Source: Actinomycetota bacterium
GTDB lineage: Bacteria > Actinomycetota > AC-67
Length of the DNA: 58,139 bases
Assembly: GCA_044866075.1 (NCBI GenBank)
Contig: JBIOTQ010000001.1
Location: 1 to 58,139, forward strand
Reading direction: 5' to 3'
The position numbers and the translations under genes are program-made. A model generated the notes under the pieces. The model was not told the origin of the DNA. It saw nothing but the letters and a program-made list of their open reading frames with translations, and ran no database searches. This document shows, one piece after another, positions 1 through 8,198 of this stretch; positions within the stretch are counted from its first letter, which is position 1, and every line of letters starts with the position of its first letter.

Positions 1-2
1 CC

Positions 3-1268
3 TTCTCCGTTGATCCACGCCGCGACGTGGACGAACATCTCGAGCTCGCCGACCGGTTGGGCGTCCGGATCGCAGCCGTGCTCGAGACGCATCTCCACGC
101 CGACTTCGTGAGCGGCGCCCTCGAGCTGCGCGGCGCTACGGGTGCAACGATCCACGGGGCAACCCTCGCGCGTCTCGACTTCGCGCATTCTCCGATCACG
201 GCCGGCGACCGGATAGAAGTGGGCGGCGTCGCGGTCGAACCGCTCGCCACCCCAGGCCACACTCCGGAGCATCTCGCTTATTTGGCGACCATCGGAGGAA
301 CCGACGTGCTGTTCAGCGGCGGCTCGCTGATCGTCGGCGGCGCTGCACGCACCGACCTGAGCGGCGCGGAGAGAACGGCCGAGCTGGCCCGGGCGCAGTA
401 CACGAGCCTTCGTCGGTTGGCTTCGCTGCCGACCGAGACGATCCTGTGCCCGACGCACGGCGGCGGGTCGTTCTGCTCGACCGGCCGACAAAAAGCCGGG
501 ACGAGCACGATCGGCCGGGAACGGGAGACGAACCCTCTTCTCCGCGTTCCCGATGCGGCCGCTTTCGTCGAGCAGCTGAGCGCAGGCTTGGGGAGCTATC
601 CGACGTACTTCAACCACCTGCGCGAAGTGAACCGCTTGGGACCCCAACGCGTCGGGGATCTCAACCCGGTGCCGCGGCTCCCGGCACAACAGGTTCGGGA
701 AATCATGGATCGGGGCGCATGGCTCATCGACGCGCGGCCGGCCGCGACCTGGGCGGACGCTCATCCGCAGGGAGCGGTGTCGATCGAGCTACGCCCGGCC
801 TTCGCGTCGTGGCTCGGTTGGGTCGTCCCGTTCGGCGCCGACGTCGTGCTCCTGCTCGAAAGGGCGCAGCTCGATGAGGCGCTTCGTCTGGCCCGCCGCA
901 TCGGATACGACGCCATCAGTGGATGGACCACGTTCGAGGATTGGCGTGATGCCGGTCTGCCCGTCGCGTCCGTCGAGAGGGTCGGCGCCCAGGAGGCGGC
1001 CGAACGCACCGGGCGCGGCGCAACCCTGCTCGACGTCCGTCAGCGCGCCGAACACGCAGCGGCGCGGCTCCCCGGCTCGACCAGCATCGAGCTTGGAGAC
1101 ATCATCGCCGGCAAGACGCCGGACGCCGAGGACGTCATCGCTTACTGCGGACACGGCGAACGATCGGCGACGGCTGCGAGCCTGCTCGAGCGGCGCGGGC
1201 TGCGTGTGGCGAACCTGGACGGGGGGACGAGCGCCTGGCGGGACGCGGGGCTGCCGTTCGAGCGATGA
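3..1268 (+). CDS. MBL-fold metallohydrolase fused to two rhodanese domains (persulfide dioxygenase-like); 5' end runs off the window
   Basis: HLHADFVSG and TPGHTPEH MBL motifs; C-terminal rhodanese loop YCGHGERS; the frame stays open to the left edge (FSVDPRRDVDE). Confidence 0.9.
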   Translation, partial: FSVDPRRDVDEHLELADRLGVRIAAVLETHLHADFVSGALELRGATGATIHGATLARLDFAHSPITAGDRIEVGGVAVEPLATPGHTPEHLAYLATIGGTDVLFSGGSLIVGGAARTDLSGAERTAELARAQYTSLRRLASLPTETILCPTHGGGSFCSTGRQKAGTSTIGRERETNPLLRVPDAAAFVEQLSAGLGSYPTYFNHLREVNRLGPQRVGDLNPVPRLPAQQVREIMDRGAWLIDARPAATWADAHPQGAVSIELRPAFASWLGWVVPFGADVVLLLERAQLDEALRLARRIGYDAISGWTTFEDWRDAGLPVASVERVGAQEAAERTGRGATLLDVRQRAEHAAARLPGSTSIELGDIIAGKTPDAEDVIAYCGHGERSATAASLLERRGLRVANLDGGTSAWRDAGLPFER

Positions 1269-2548
1269 GCCTCGCCCGGATCGCCCAGCCAGGCTCCGGT
1301 TCGGGAAACCCCGTGGTTCGGCTGGGGCTACGGCCGAATATCGCCCAGTTCTCGCTGCTCGTCGGAGTCAACGCGCTCGTCGGCGGAATGGTGGGACAGG
1401 AGCGGACCATCCTCCCGTTGATCGCCTCGCGCGTCTTCGGTCTCGGCACCTTCACGCCTGCCCTGACATTCATCGTCGCGTTCGGTGCGGTGAAGGCGCT
1501 CGCCAATCTCGTAGCGGGGACGCTGGCGGATCGGGTCGGTCGGAAGCGAATCTTGGTCGCAGGCTGGATCGCCGGCATCCCCGTGCCTCTGCTGTTGATG
1601 TGGGCTCCAACGTGGGGATGGGTGATCGTCGCAAACGTGCTGCTCGGCGTGAACCAGGGACTCACATGGTCTACCACGGTCATCATGAAGATCGATCTCG
1701 CCGGACCCAAGCGACGGGGGCTCGCGATGGGTCTCAACGAGACGGCCGGATACGCAGCCGTCGCCGTGACTGCGGCGGCGACGGGTTACATCGCCCAGCA
1801 CGCAGGCTTGCGGCCGGAACCATTCTTCCTGGGCCTGGCGTACGCCGGACTAGGACTCGCCGCGTCCGTCTTCTTCGTGAGGGAAACGAGCCCACACGCG
1901 CGGGCCGAGGCGGCGGACCTTGGTGTGTCCACACGTTCCGCGCGAGACGTTTTCGTGTTCACGAGCTTTCGCGAGCGGGCACTATCCGCGTGCAGTCAGG
2001 CGGGACTCGTCAACAACCTCAACGACGGGATGGCATGGGGACTGCTTCCGATCTACTTCTCGCGGGCCGGCCTCTCGCTGGCCGCGATCGGCGCCATCGC
2101 CGCCCTCTATCCGGGGGTATGGAGCGTCGGACAGCTCGTCACCGGCCCGCTGTCGGACCGGTTGGGACGCAAGTGGATGATCGCCGCCGGCATGTGGCTA
2201 CAGGCCGTCGCCATCGCAGCCATCGCCGCCGCCGGGTCGCTCGGGCCGTGGGTCGCCGCAGCCATCGTCTTGGGAGCAGGCACCGCGATGGTGTATCCGG
2301 TGCTTCTGGCCGCCATCGGAGACGTCGCGCATCCCGCGTGGCGTGCCTCGGCCGTCGGCGTGTACCGAACCTGGCGGGACGGCGGCTTCGTCGTCGGTGC
2401 TCTGCTCACCGGCGTCATTTCCGACGCGGTTGGGATCAGGGCCGCCATCTACACCGTCGCAGCGATTACGGCCCTCTCAGGAATCGTGGTGGCGGTGCGG
2501 ATGTACGAAACCCATCCGCCCGCGAGGCGGGTCACCCCGATCGGCTGA
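1265..2548 (+). CDS. MFS transporter
   Basis: Multiple hydrophobic helices; MFS motif A twice (GTLADRVGRK, GPLSDRLGRK); ATGA overlap with the upstream gene. Confidence 0.92.
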   Translation: MSLARIAQPGSGSGNPVVRLGLRPNIAQFSLLVGVNALVGGMVGQERTILPLIASRVFGLGTFTPALTFIVAFGAVKALANLVAGTLADRVGRKRILVAGWIAGIPVPLLLMWAPTWGWVIVANVLLGVNQGLTWSTTVIMKIDLAGPKRRGLAMGLNETAGYAAVAVTAAATGYIAQHAGLRPEPFFLGLAYAGLGLAASVFFVRETSPHARAEAADLGVSTRSARDVFVFTSFRERALSACSQAGLVNNLNDGMAWGLLPIYFSRAGLSLAAIGAIAALYPGVWSVGQLVTGPLSDRLGRKWMIAAGMWLQAVAIAAIAAAGSLGPWVAAAIVLGAGTAMVYPVLLAAIGDVAHPAWRASAVGVYRTWRDGGFVVGALLTGVISDAVGIRAAIYTVAAITALSGIVVAVRMYETHPPARRVTPIG

Positions 2549-2637
2549 CCGGGGCGAGAGATCCGCCCGCCCCTTGACTATCGACCTTCGAGTACGGCTC
2601 TGGCGCAGATGCTGAGGGCGCTCTCGTAACTTTTCCT

Positions 2638-2673
2638 AGAGGCCGCGGGGGAATATCGTCCCCCGCGGTCTCT
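2638..2673. terminator. GC-rich hairpin between convergent operons
   Basis: agaggccgcggggga-atatcg-tcccccgcggtctct inverted repeat. Confidence 0.6.
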
Positions 2674-2719
2674 GTTCAGCGACGATCTCAGTTCTTCGTC
2701 ATCCTCGCCGCGAGCTGCC

Positions 2720-3085
2720 TCACGCGAACGCAACAGCGCGAGCGCCGTTGGTGATCTCCTCGACGACCTTGGCTGCGCCGACGATCTTCGCTCCTTTGGC
2801 GCACTGGTTCTCTGTGATGCCTCGAGGTTTGGTGCACGAGCCGCAGAGCCACACCTCGCCGCCGTTGCCGACGAACTCCTCGAACAGGTCCTTCAGCACC
2901 GGAAGCCCGGGCGAGGCGATTCCTTCGGTCCCGCTCTCGGTGCCGAGCCGTACCGCCTCGATCGTGCAGAGGACCGCGGCCCTTTGACCGGCGGCCGCCG
3001 CGATGTTGGCTGCGACGAAAGGCAGCGTCGCTCGCTCGGGGTCCTCCTTGCCGTACGTGCAGTTGAACAACAGCATGTCGCTCAT
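2720..3085 (-). CDS. DsrE-family sulfur relay protein
   Basis: MSDMLLFNCTYGKEDPERATLPF...EAV...VWLCGSC fits the DsrE pattern; start overlaps the TusA stop (ATGA). Confidence 0.82.
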   Translation of the reverse strand: MSDMLLFNCTYGKEDPERATLPFVAANIAAAAGQRAAVLCTIEAVRLGTESGTEGIASPGLPVLKDLFEEFVGNGGEVWLCGSCTKPRGITENQCAKGAKIVGAAKVVEEITNGARAVAFA

Positions 3086-3315
3086 CTCCTTCTCTCCACG
3101 GTGATCGTGAGACTTCCGTCGGGCTGAGCCTGGACGTCCCGGATCGCGTGCCCCATCAACCGGGCCAGCGATGGGAGGTCCTCCTTCGCGCTGGGGTCGC
3201 TCGTGCGGACGCGCAACAGATCCCCAACATTCATCTGTCCGATGCGGTCTCTGAACGCCGCCGCGAGCCCATCGCCGCAGCCCAGGGTCCCCGCGTCGAA
3301 CTCGCGCGTGCTCAT
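3082..3315 (-). CDS. tusA: TusA/SirA-family sulfur carrier
   Basis: 77 aa; FDAGTLGCGDG (a variant of the CPxP motif), GDLLRVRTSDP and DLPSLARLMGH. Confidence 0.8.
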   Translation of the reverse strand: MSTREFDAGTLGCGDGLAAAFRDRIGQMNVGDLLRVRTSDPSAKEDLPSLARLMGHAIRDVQAQPDGSLTITVERRR

Positions 3316-3563
3316 CCCTGCACGACGGGGTAGATCTCGTCGGCAACCAGGCCGTGCGCCTCGCGGTGCACTGCGTGCGCGGCGTCGGCGTTCGGCGCCT
3401 CGATCAAGCAGAAGACCTTGCCGCCCTGCTCGTCCACCCAGTAGTTTAGGTAGCGCACGCCGTAGCGCTCCTGCACCCGAAGGTCCGCCATGTGGGCTTC
3501 CGCGACCTCGGCGGCGGTGGTGCCTTCCGGCAGGCTGTTGTGCAGGTCCATGTACAAAGTCAT
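3312..3563 (-). CDS. DUF4242 / SCO4226-like putative nickel-binding protein
   Basis: LYMDLH...AEAH.AD...YWVDE..GKVFCL.EAP...VHREAHGL..DEI; strong SD GGAGGTG. Confidence 0.88.
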   Translation of the reverse strand: MTLYMDLHNSLPEGTTAAEVAEAHMADLRVQERYGVRYLNYWVDEQGGKVFCLIEAPNADAAHAVHREAHGLVADEIYPVVQG

Positions 3564-3589
3564 CCGTGTTCACCTCCTTCCGCTTGCCC

Positions 3590-3625
3590 ACGCTACGAAG
3601 ACGACCGTTCCGCCACCGTTCCGCC
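3590..3625 (-). promoter_or_regulatory. SARP-type promoter: 11-bp tandem repeat 8 bp upstream of a -10 box
   Basis: ACCGTTCCGCC x2 at 3604-3625; minus-strand TAGCGT at 3590-3595. Confidence 0.65.
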
Positions 3626-3670
3626 GGGACGGGTGGCCGGGGCCCGACGTCGTTCGTACGATTGCCGGCG

Positions 3671-5413
3671 GTGCAAACCGTGGTGATCGATCTGCTCGGC
3701 CGGTTCTCGGTCGTGGTGGACGGTGTCCCGATCTCGGGCGACGCGTGGCGCAGTCGCCGCGCGGCCGACGTGGTGAAGCTGCTCGCTCTCGCTCCCGATC
3801 ACAGGATGCATCGTGCGCAGGTCATGGAGGCGCTCTGGCCCGAGAGCGATCCGAACGCCTCCGGCACCAACCTCCGTAAGGCGTTGCATTTCGCCAGGCT
3901 CGCGACCGGCGATGAGCAAACGATCGCGAACGAGCGAGGCGTGCTCGTACTGTGGCCTGATGCCCGGCTTGAGACCGACGTCGAGCGCTTCGAGGCCGCC
4001 GCGCAACGCGCGCTGGACGCCGGCGACGAGTCCCTGAGCAGGGCGGCCGCAGAGCTGTATCGGGGCGACCTTCTTCCGGACGATCGATACGAGTCGTGGT
4101 CGGTCGAGCCGCGCAGCCGTCTGCACGGACGCTACGCGGATGTGCTGCGGGCCGGGGCGCTGTGGGACCGGTTGGCCGAAGGAGACCCAACCGACGAGCA
4201 GGCGGCGCGCGCGCTCATGCGGGCCCATCTCGAGGCCGGTCTGCGCCGGGAGGCGATCCGGCGTTTCGAGCGGCTGCGCGAGGCGCTCCGGGACCATCTC
4301 GGCGTCGGGCCGGACCCGTCGACGGTTGCCCTCTACGAACAGGTTCTCGCCGCCGAGGGGGCTCCGCAGCCCTCCGAGGCCGAGCGCGCGCATGCGCTCC
4401 TTGCGTGGGCATTGGTGCACATGAATCGCAACGACATCGCGGAGGCGGAGCGCGCGGCGGAGGAGGCGCGCGCGATCGCCCTCGACGCGGGGCTGGGCCG
4501 TGAGCTCGGGGAAGCTGCGGTGATCCTCGCCAAGGTCGCGATGGCGCAGGGACGGTGGCGCGAGCGGTTCGCGGAGGAGCTCACCGAGTCGATGCGGATG
4601 CGCGCCAACATGGAACCCATCGTCTACGACGCCCACCTGTGCCTCGCGGAGTACTTCCTCAGCAGCTCGGAGGGCTACGACGCCGCTGCCGAGTTCGCAC
4701 GCCAGATGATGCGCATCGCTGAGGAGGCAGGCTCGGCGACCGGCGCGGCGCTGGCGCTGCTCATGCTAGGCGAGGCCGAATTGCTCGCCGGCAATCTCGT
4801 CGAGGCGGAGGATTACCTGAAGGGTGCGGCGGAGGCCAACGACCGGGAAGGGTGTATCTCCGGCTCCGCACTCGCGAGGCAGCGTTTGGCGGAAGCGGCC
4901 GTCAGTCGCGGTCGCAAGTACGACGCCAACCGACTGCTCGGCCGGGCGCGCTCGCTCGCGCTCCGCTCGGACATCGTCACCCACCTGTTGGTGAGGGTTT
5001 TCGGCACGATGATCCAGGCCGCAGCGGATCCGCGGAACGCCGTCGGCGTTCTGCGCCGAGCCGAGCAGGAGCTGAGCCAGATGCGGCCGTGCGAGCCGTG
5101 CTCGATGGGGTACCTCACGAGCGCGGCGGCGGCCGCCGCACGAGCCGGCGACCTCGATCGGGCGCGATGGTTCATCGCCGAAGCAGAGCGCATCGCCGGC
5201 ATGTGGCAGGGGGGACTTTGGACCGGCGCCGTATGGGAGGCTCGGGGGATCCTCCGTCAGGCGGAGGGCGAGGGCGAGCAGGCGCGTGCGATGTTCCGCG
5301 AAGCGGCGGAGGCGTTCGCGCGCGCGGGCAATCGGTCCGACGCCGCGCGCTGCCTCGAGGCGGTTGCCGGTCTACGCGACGAGAGCGCCCCCGGAGAGGC
5401 GCGGCACGGCTAG
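3671..5413 (+). CDS. SARP/AfsR-like regulator (wHTH + BTAD + TPR-like helical C-terminus, no NTPase)
   Basis: IDLLGRFSV, EALWP, NLRKALH, LYRGDLLPDD and LGVGPDPST BTAD motifs; TACGAT precedes GTG 3671. Confidence 0.85.
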   Translation: MQTVVIDLLGRFSVVVDGVPISGDAWRSRRAADVVKLLALAPDHRMHRAQVMEALWPESDPNASGTNLRKALHFARLATGDEQTIANERGVLVLWPDARLETDVERFEAAAQRALDAGDESLSRAAAELYRGDLLPDDRYESWSVEPRSRLHGRYADVLRAGALWDRLAEGDPTDEQAARALMRAHLEAGLRREAIRRFERLREALRDHLGVGPDPSTVALYEQVLAAEGAPQPSEAERAHALLAWALVHMNRNDIAEAERAAEEARAIALDAGLGRELGEAAVILAKVAMAQGRWRERFAEELTESMRMRANMEPIVYDAHLCLAEYFLSSSEGYDAAAEFARQMMRIAEEAGSATGAALALLMLGEAELLAGNLVEAEDYLKGAAEANDREGCISGSALARQRLAEAAVSRGRKYDANRLLGRARSLALRSDIVTHLLVRVFGTMIQAAADPRNAVGVLRRAEQELSQMRPCEPCSMGYLTSAAAAAARAGDLDRARWFIAEAERIAGMWQGGLWTGAVWEARGILRQAEGEGEQARAMFREAAEAFARAGNRSDAARCLEAVAGLRDESAPGEARHG

Positions 5414-5551
5414 ACCCTCGGCGCCGACCGAGTCACGACGGCTACCGATCGACGCCAACGACGTTCTTCGGCGGCGCGCTCGCGGTCGGAAAGGGGTGGG
5501 CCCCTGGGCAGGTATCGGCCTCGTCGCTGCCGAACCCACCGCAAGATCGAG

Positions 5552-6481
5552 ATGATTGCGATTCCGCTCGGCGTGCACGTTCTCGACGTGCTCGCGCGGC
5601 CCATCGAATCCATTCCGGAGGGGCAGGGCGGCCAGCTCGTCGACGAGATCAGGCTCTCGCCAGCGGGGGCCGCCGGCGGAACCGCGGTGACGCTGGCGAA
5701 GCTCGGCGTCCGGGTCCGGAGCGCGGGCGCGGTGGGCACGGATCCGATGGGGGATCTGCTCGTCACCTTGCTCGAGCGGTACGGCGTCGACACATCTCTG
5801 CTGGCGCGCACCGACGTGTTCCAGACCTCTGCGAGCGTCCTTCCCATACGTCCGAACGGCGACCGCCCGGCGTTCCACGTCATCGGATCCAACGGGCTCC
5901 TCGCTTCTGCCGAACTCCCCCTCGAAGCGATCGCGGCCGCGACGCACTTACACATCGGGGGCCTCGAGTTCCTCGGCGGCGAGCGCGCCGCAGCGGTCTT
6001 GGCTCACGCGCGCGAGCACGACGTCGTGACCTCGGCCGATCTGCTTGCGCCGGGAGGGATCCCGGGCCTGTTCCCGATCATCGAGCCCGCCCTCCCGTAC
6101 GTCGACTACCTTCTCCCCAACGACGAGCAGGTGACGGGCTTCACGGAAACCGACGACCTGATCGAGGGCGCCAGCGTGTTCCTCAAGCACGGCGTCTCCT
6201 GCGTCGCAGCGACCCGCGGCGCCGATGGAGCGGTGGTCGTCGACGCCGACGGCGTCCAGGATGTTCCTGCCTTCGCCGTGGATGTCGTGGACACCTCGGG
6301 ATGCGGCGATGCCTTCTCCGCCGGATTCCTTCGAGCGCTGTCGCTCGGGCGCACCCACCGCGACGCCGCCGTGCTCGGGTGCGCGGTCGCCGGGTTGGTC
6401 GCGCAAGGACTCGGCAGCGACCACGGCGATTTTGATCTCGAATCCGCGGACGCCTTCGCGGCGTCGGCGCCGACCAGGTAG
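5552..6481 (+). CDS. PfkB-family carbohydrate kinase
   Basis: GAVGTDPMG and DTSGCGDAFSAG PfkB signatures. Confidence 0.9.
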   Translation: MIAIPLGVHVLDVLARPIESIPEGQGGQLVDEIRLSPAGAAGGTAVTLAKLGVRVRSAGAVGTDPMGDLLVTLLERYGVDTSLLARTDVFQTSASVLPIRPNGDRPAFHVIGSNGLLASAELPLEAIAAATHLHIGGLEFLGGERAAAVLAHAREHDVVTSADLLAPGGIPGLFPIIEPALPYVDYLLPNDEQVTGFTETDDLIEGASVFLKHGVSCVAATRGADGAVVVDADGVQDVPAFAVDVVDTSGCGDAFSAGFLRALSLGRTHRDAAVLGCAVAGLVAQGLGSDHGDFDLESADAFAASAPTR

Positions 6482-6486
6482 CCGTC

Positions 6487-8091
6487 GTGGCCCGCAAGGT
6501 GACCCGGCGCCGCATGCTCGGCGGGATGGCTGGGGCCGCCGCAGGCCTCGCGGTGCGGCCCGCCGGCGGGGGAACCTCGCCGGCGTCGATCGAGAACTCG
6601 GCCGGTCCGTCGGGAAGCCGCTCCGCCGATGTGGTGATAGTCGGCGCCGGCTTCGCCGGTATGACGGCCGCACGCGCGCTTCGCGCGAAAGGGGTCTCGG
6701 TCGTCGTGCTCGAAGCGCGCGACCGCGTGGGCGGGCGCGTCATCAATCAAGATCTGGCGGCGAATGGTTTCCCGGGCCGCGTCGTCGAGCTCGGCGGCGA
6801 GTTCGTCGGACCCCTTCCCTCGGAGCCCGCGACCGCAAGCGTGCCGACGCAGAAGGTTTACAACCCGCAGGACCGGGTGCTCGCGTTGGCCTCCTTGCTC
6901 GGGATCGGAACGTTCAAGACCTACGACTCGGGCGACTACATCAACTACCTGGACGGCGTGGGCGCGATCCGCTATTCGAGCCGCACCCGCATCCCGCCGG
7001 ACCCGAGCACGGCGAACTCGGCCATGGCGCTCGCGACGTTGAACGAGATGGCGCGCCAGGTCGACCCCGCGGCGCCGTGGAAGGCCGAGCACGCCGCCGT
7101 CTGGGATCACCAGACGGTCGAGTCCTGGGCACGGAAGTATCTGCTGCCCCCTCTGTCACCGGAGTCCCCGACGAATCACTTGGTGACGCTCGCGCTCGAG
7201 GCGGTGATGTCGGTCGAGCCGGGCGAGATCTCGCTTCTCGAGCTGCTCTTTTACATCGCGTCGGCCGGCAATCTCGACAACCTCATCGACACGACCAACG
7301 GCGCGCAGGACTCACGATTCATCGGCGGGTCGCAGTCGATCGCAATCGCGATGGCCGCCGAGCTCGGCGACGACCTCGTGCTCGGCGCGCCGGTACGCCG
7401 CATCGAGCACGTCTCCGGCCGAGTCACGGTTCGCGGGGACGGGTTCGACGTGACCGCCGACCGGTGCATCGTCGCGATCCCGCCGGCCCTTGCCGGCCGT
7501 ATCGCCTACGACCCCCCGCTCGGCTCCTTGAGCCCCCGCGGAGCCCTGCGCGATCAGTTGACGCAGCGGTTCCCCATGACGTCGATCCTGAAGGTCAACG
7601 TGCTGTACCCGACGCCCTTCTGGCGGGACGACGGACTCGCCGGACAGGTCACGAGCCAGGTGGGCGCTGTCCGCGTCACGTTCGACAACACACCCTATCC
7701 CGACCCTGGAACTTCGAATGTTTCACCCGGCTGCATCATCGGATTCATCGAGGCGGACGAGGCCCGCTACTGGACGGAACGGACGCGCGCCGAGCGATAC
7801 GAGGTCGTGATCGCCGACCTCACCCGCTACTTCGGACCGAGGGCCGCGGCACCACTCGGCGGAATGAGCGGCTACTTCGAGATGCTGTGGAACGCGGAAG
7901 AGTTCTCCGGCGGCGGACCGATCGGCGTCCCGACGCCCGGGACCTGGTATCAGTACGGCAGGGCGCTTCGCGAACCGGTGGGCCTCGTCCACTGGGCCGG
8001 GACGGAGACTGCCGTCCGGTGGTCCGGCTACATGGACGGGGCGGTCGAGTCCGGCGAGCGCTCGGCGAATGAGGTCATGATGGGTCTCTGA
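6487..8091 (+). CDS. Tat-exported flavin monoamine oxidase family protein
   Basis: TRRRMLGG Tat signal; VIVGAGFAG, EARDRVGGR and HWAGTETA..WSGYMDGAVESG. Confidence 0.9.
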   Translation: MARKVTRRRMLGGMAGAAAGLAVRPAGGGTSPASIENSAGPSGSRSADVVIVGAGFAGMTAARALRAKGVSVVVLEARDRVGGRVINQDLAANGFPGRVVELGGEFVGPLPSEPATASVPTQKVYNPQDRVLALASLLGIGTFKTYDSGDYINYLDGVGAIRYSSRTRIPPDPSTANSAMALATLNEMARQVDPAAPWKAEHAAVWDHQTVESWARKYLLPPLSPESPTNHLVTLALEAVMSVEPGEISLLELLFYIASAGNLDNLIDTTNGAQDSRFIGGSQSIAIAMAAELGDDLVLGAPVRRIEHVSGRVTVRGDGFDVTADRCIVAIPPALAGRIAYDPPLGSLSPRGALRDQLTQRFPMTSILKVNVLYPTPFWRDDGLAGQVTSQVGAVRVTFDNTPYPDPGTSNVSPGCIIGFIEADEARYWTERTRAERYEVVIADLTRYFGPRAAAPLGGMSGYFEMLWNAEEFSGGGPIGVPTPGTWYQYGRALREPVGLVHWAGTETAVRWSGYMDGAVESGERSANEVMMGL

Positions 8092-8115
8092 GCGTCGGCG
8101 CGTGGGCGTGCCTCA

Positions 8116-8193
8116 GAGATTACGTGGGGGGTTCGAGTCGGTGGCCCCTGCCCGAGGCCTGGGCGTCTTGGGAGGGGCCTCGCGCATAATCTC
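8116..8193. repeat. Imperfect long inverted repeat (REP-like hairpin)
   Basis: gagattacgtggggggttc pairs with gggcctcgcgcataatctc at 17 of 19 positions allowing G-U. Confidence 0.45.
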
Positions 8194-8198
8194 GGGAC

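Noticed and set aside
2549-2637. Possible gene remnant or small RNA before the hairpin
   Set aside because: No recognisable motif or start; cannot be supported
8123-8139. cgtggggggttcgagtc resembles the tRNA-Ser(TGA) T-arm
   Set aside because: Short, opposite orientation to the tRNA, no acceptor-stem match; better explained as part of a hairpin
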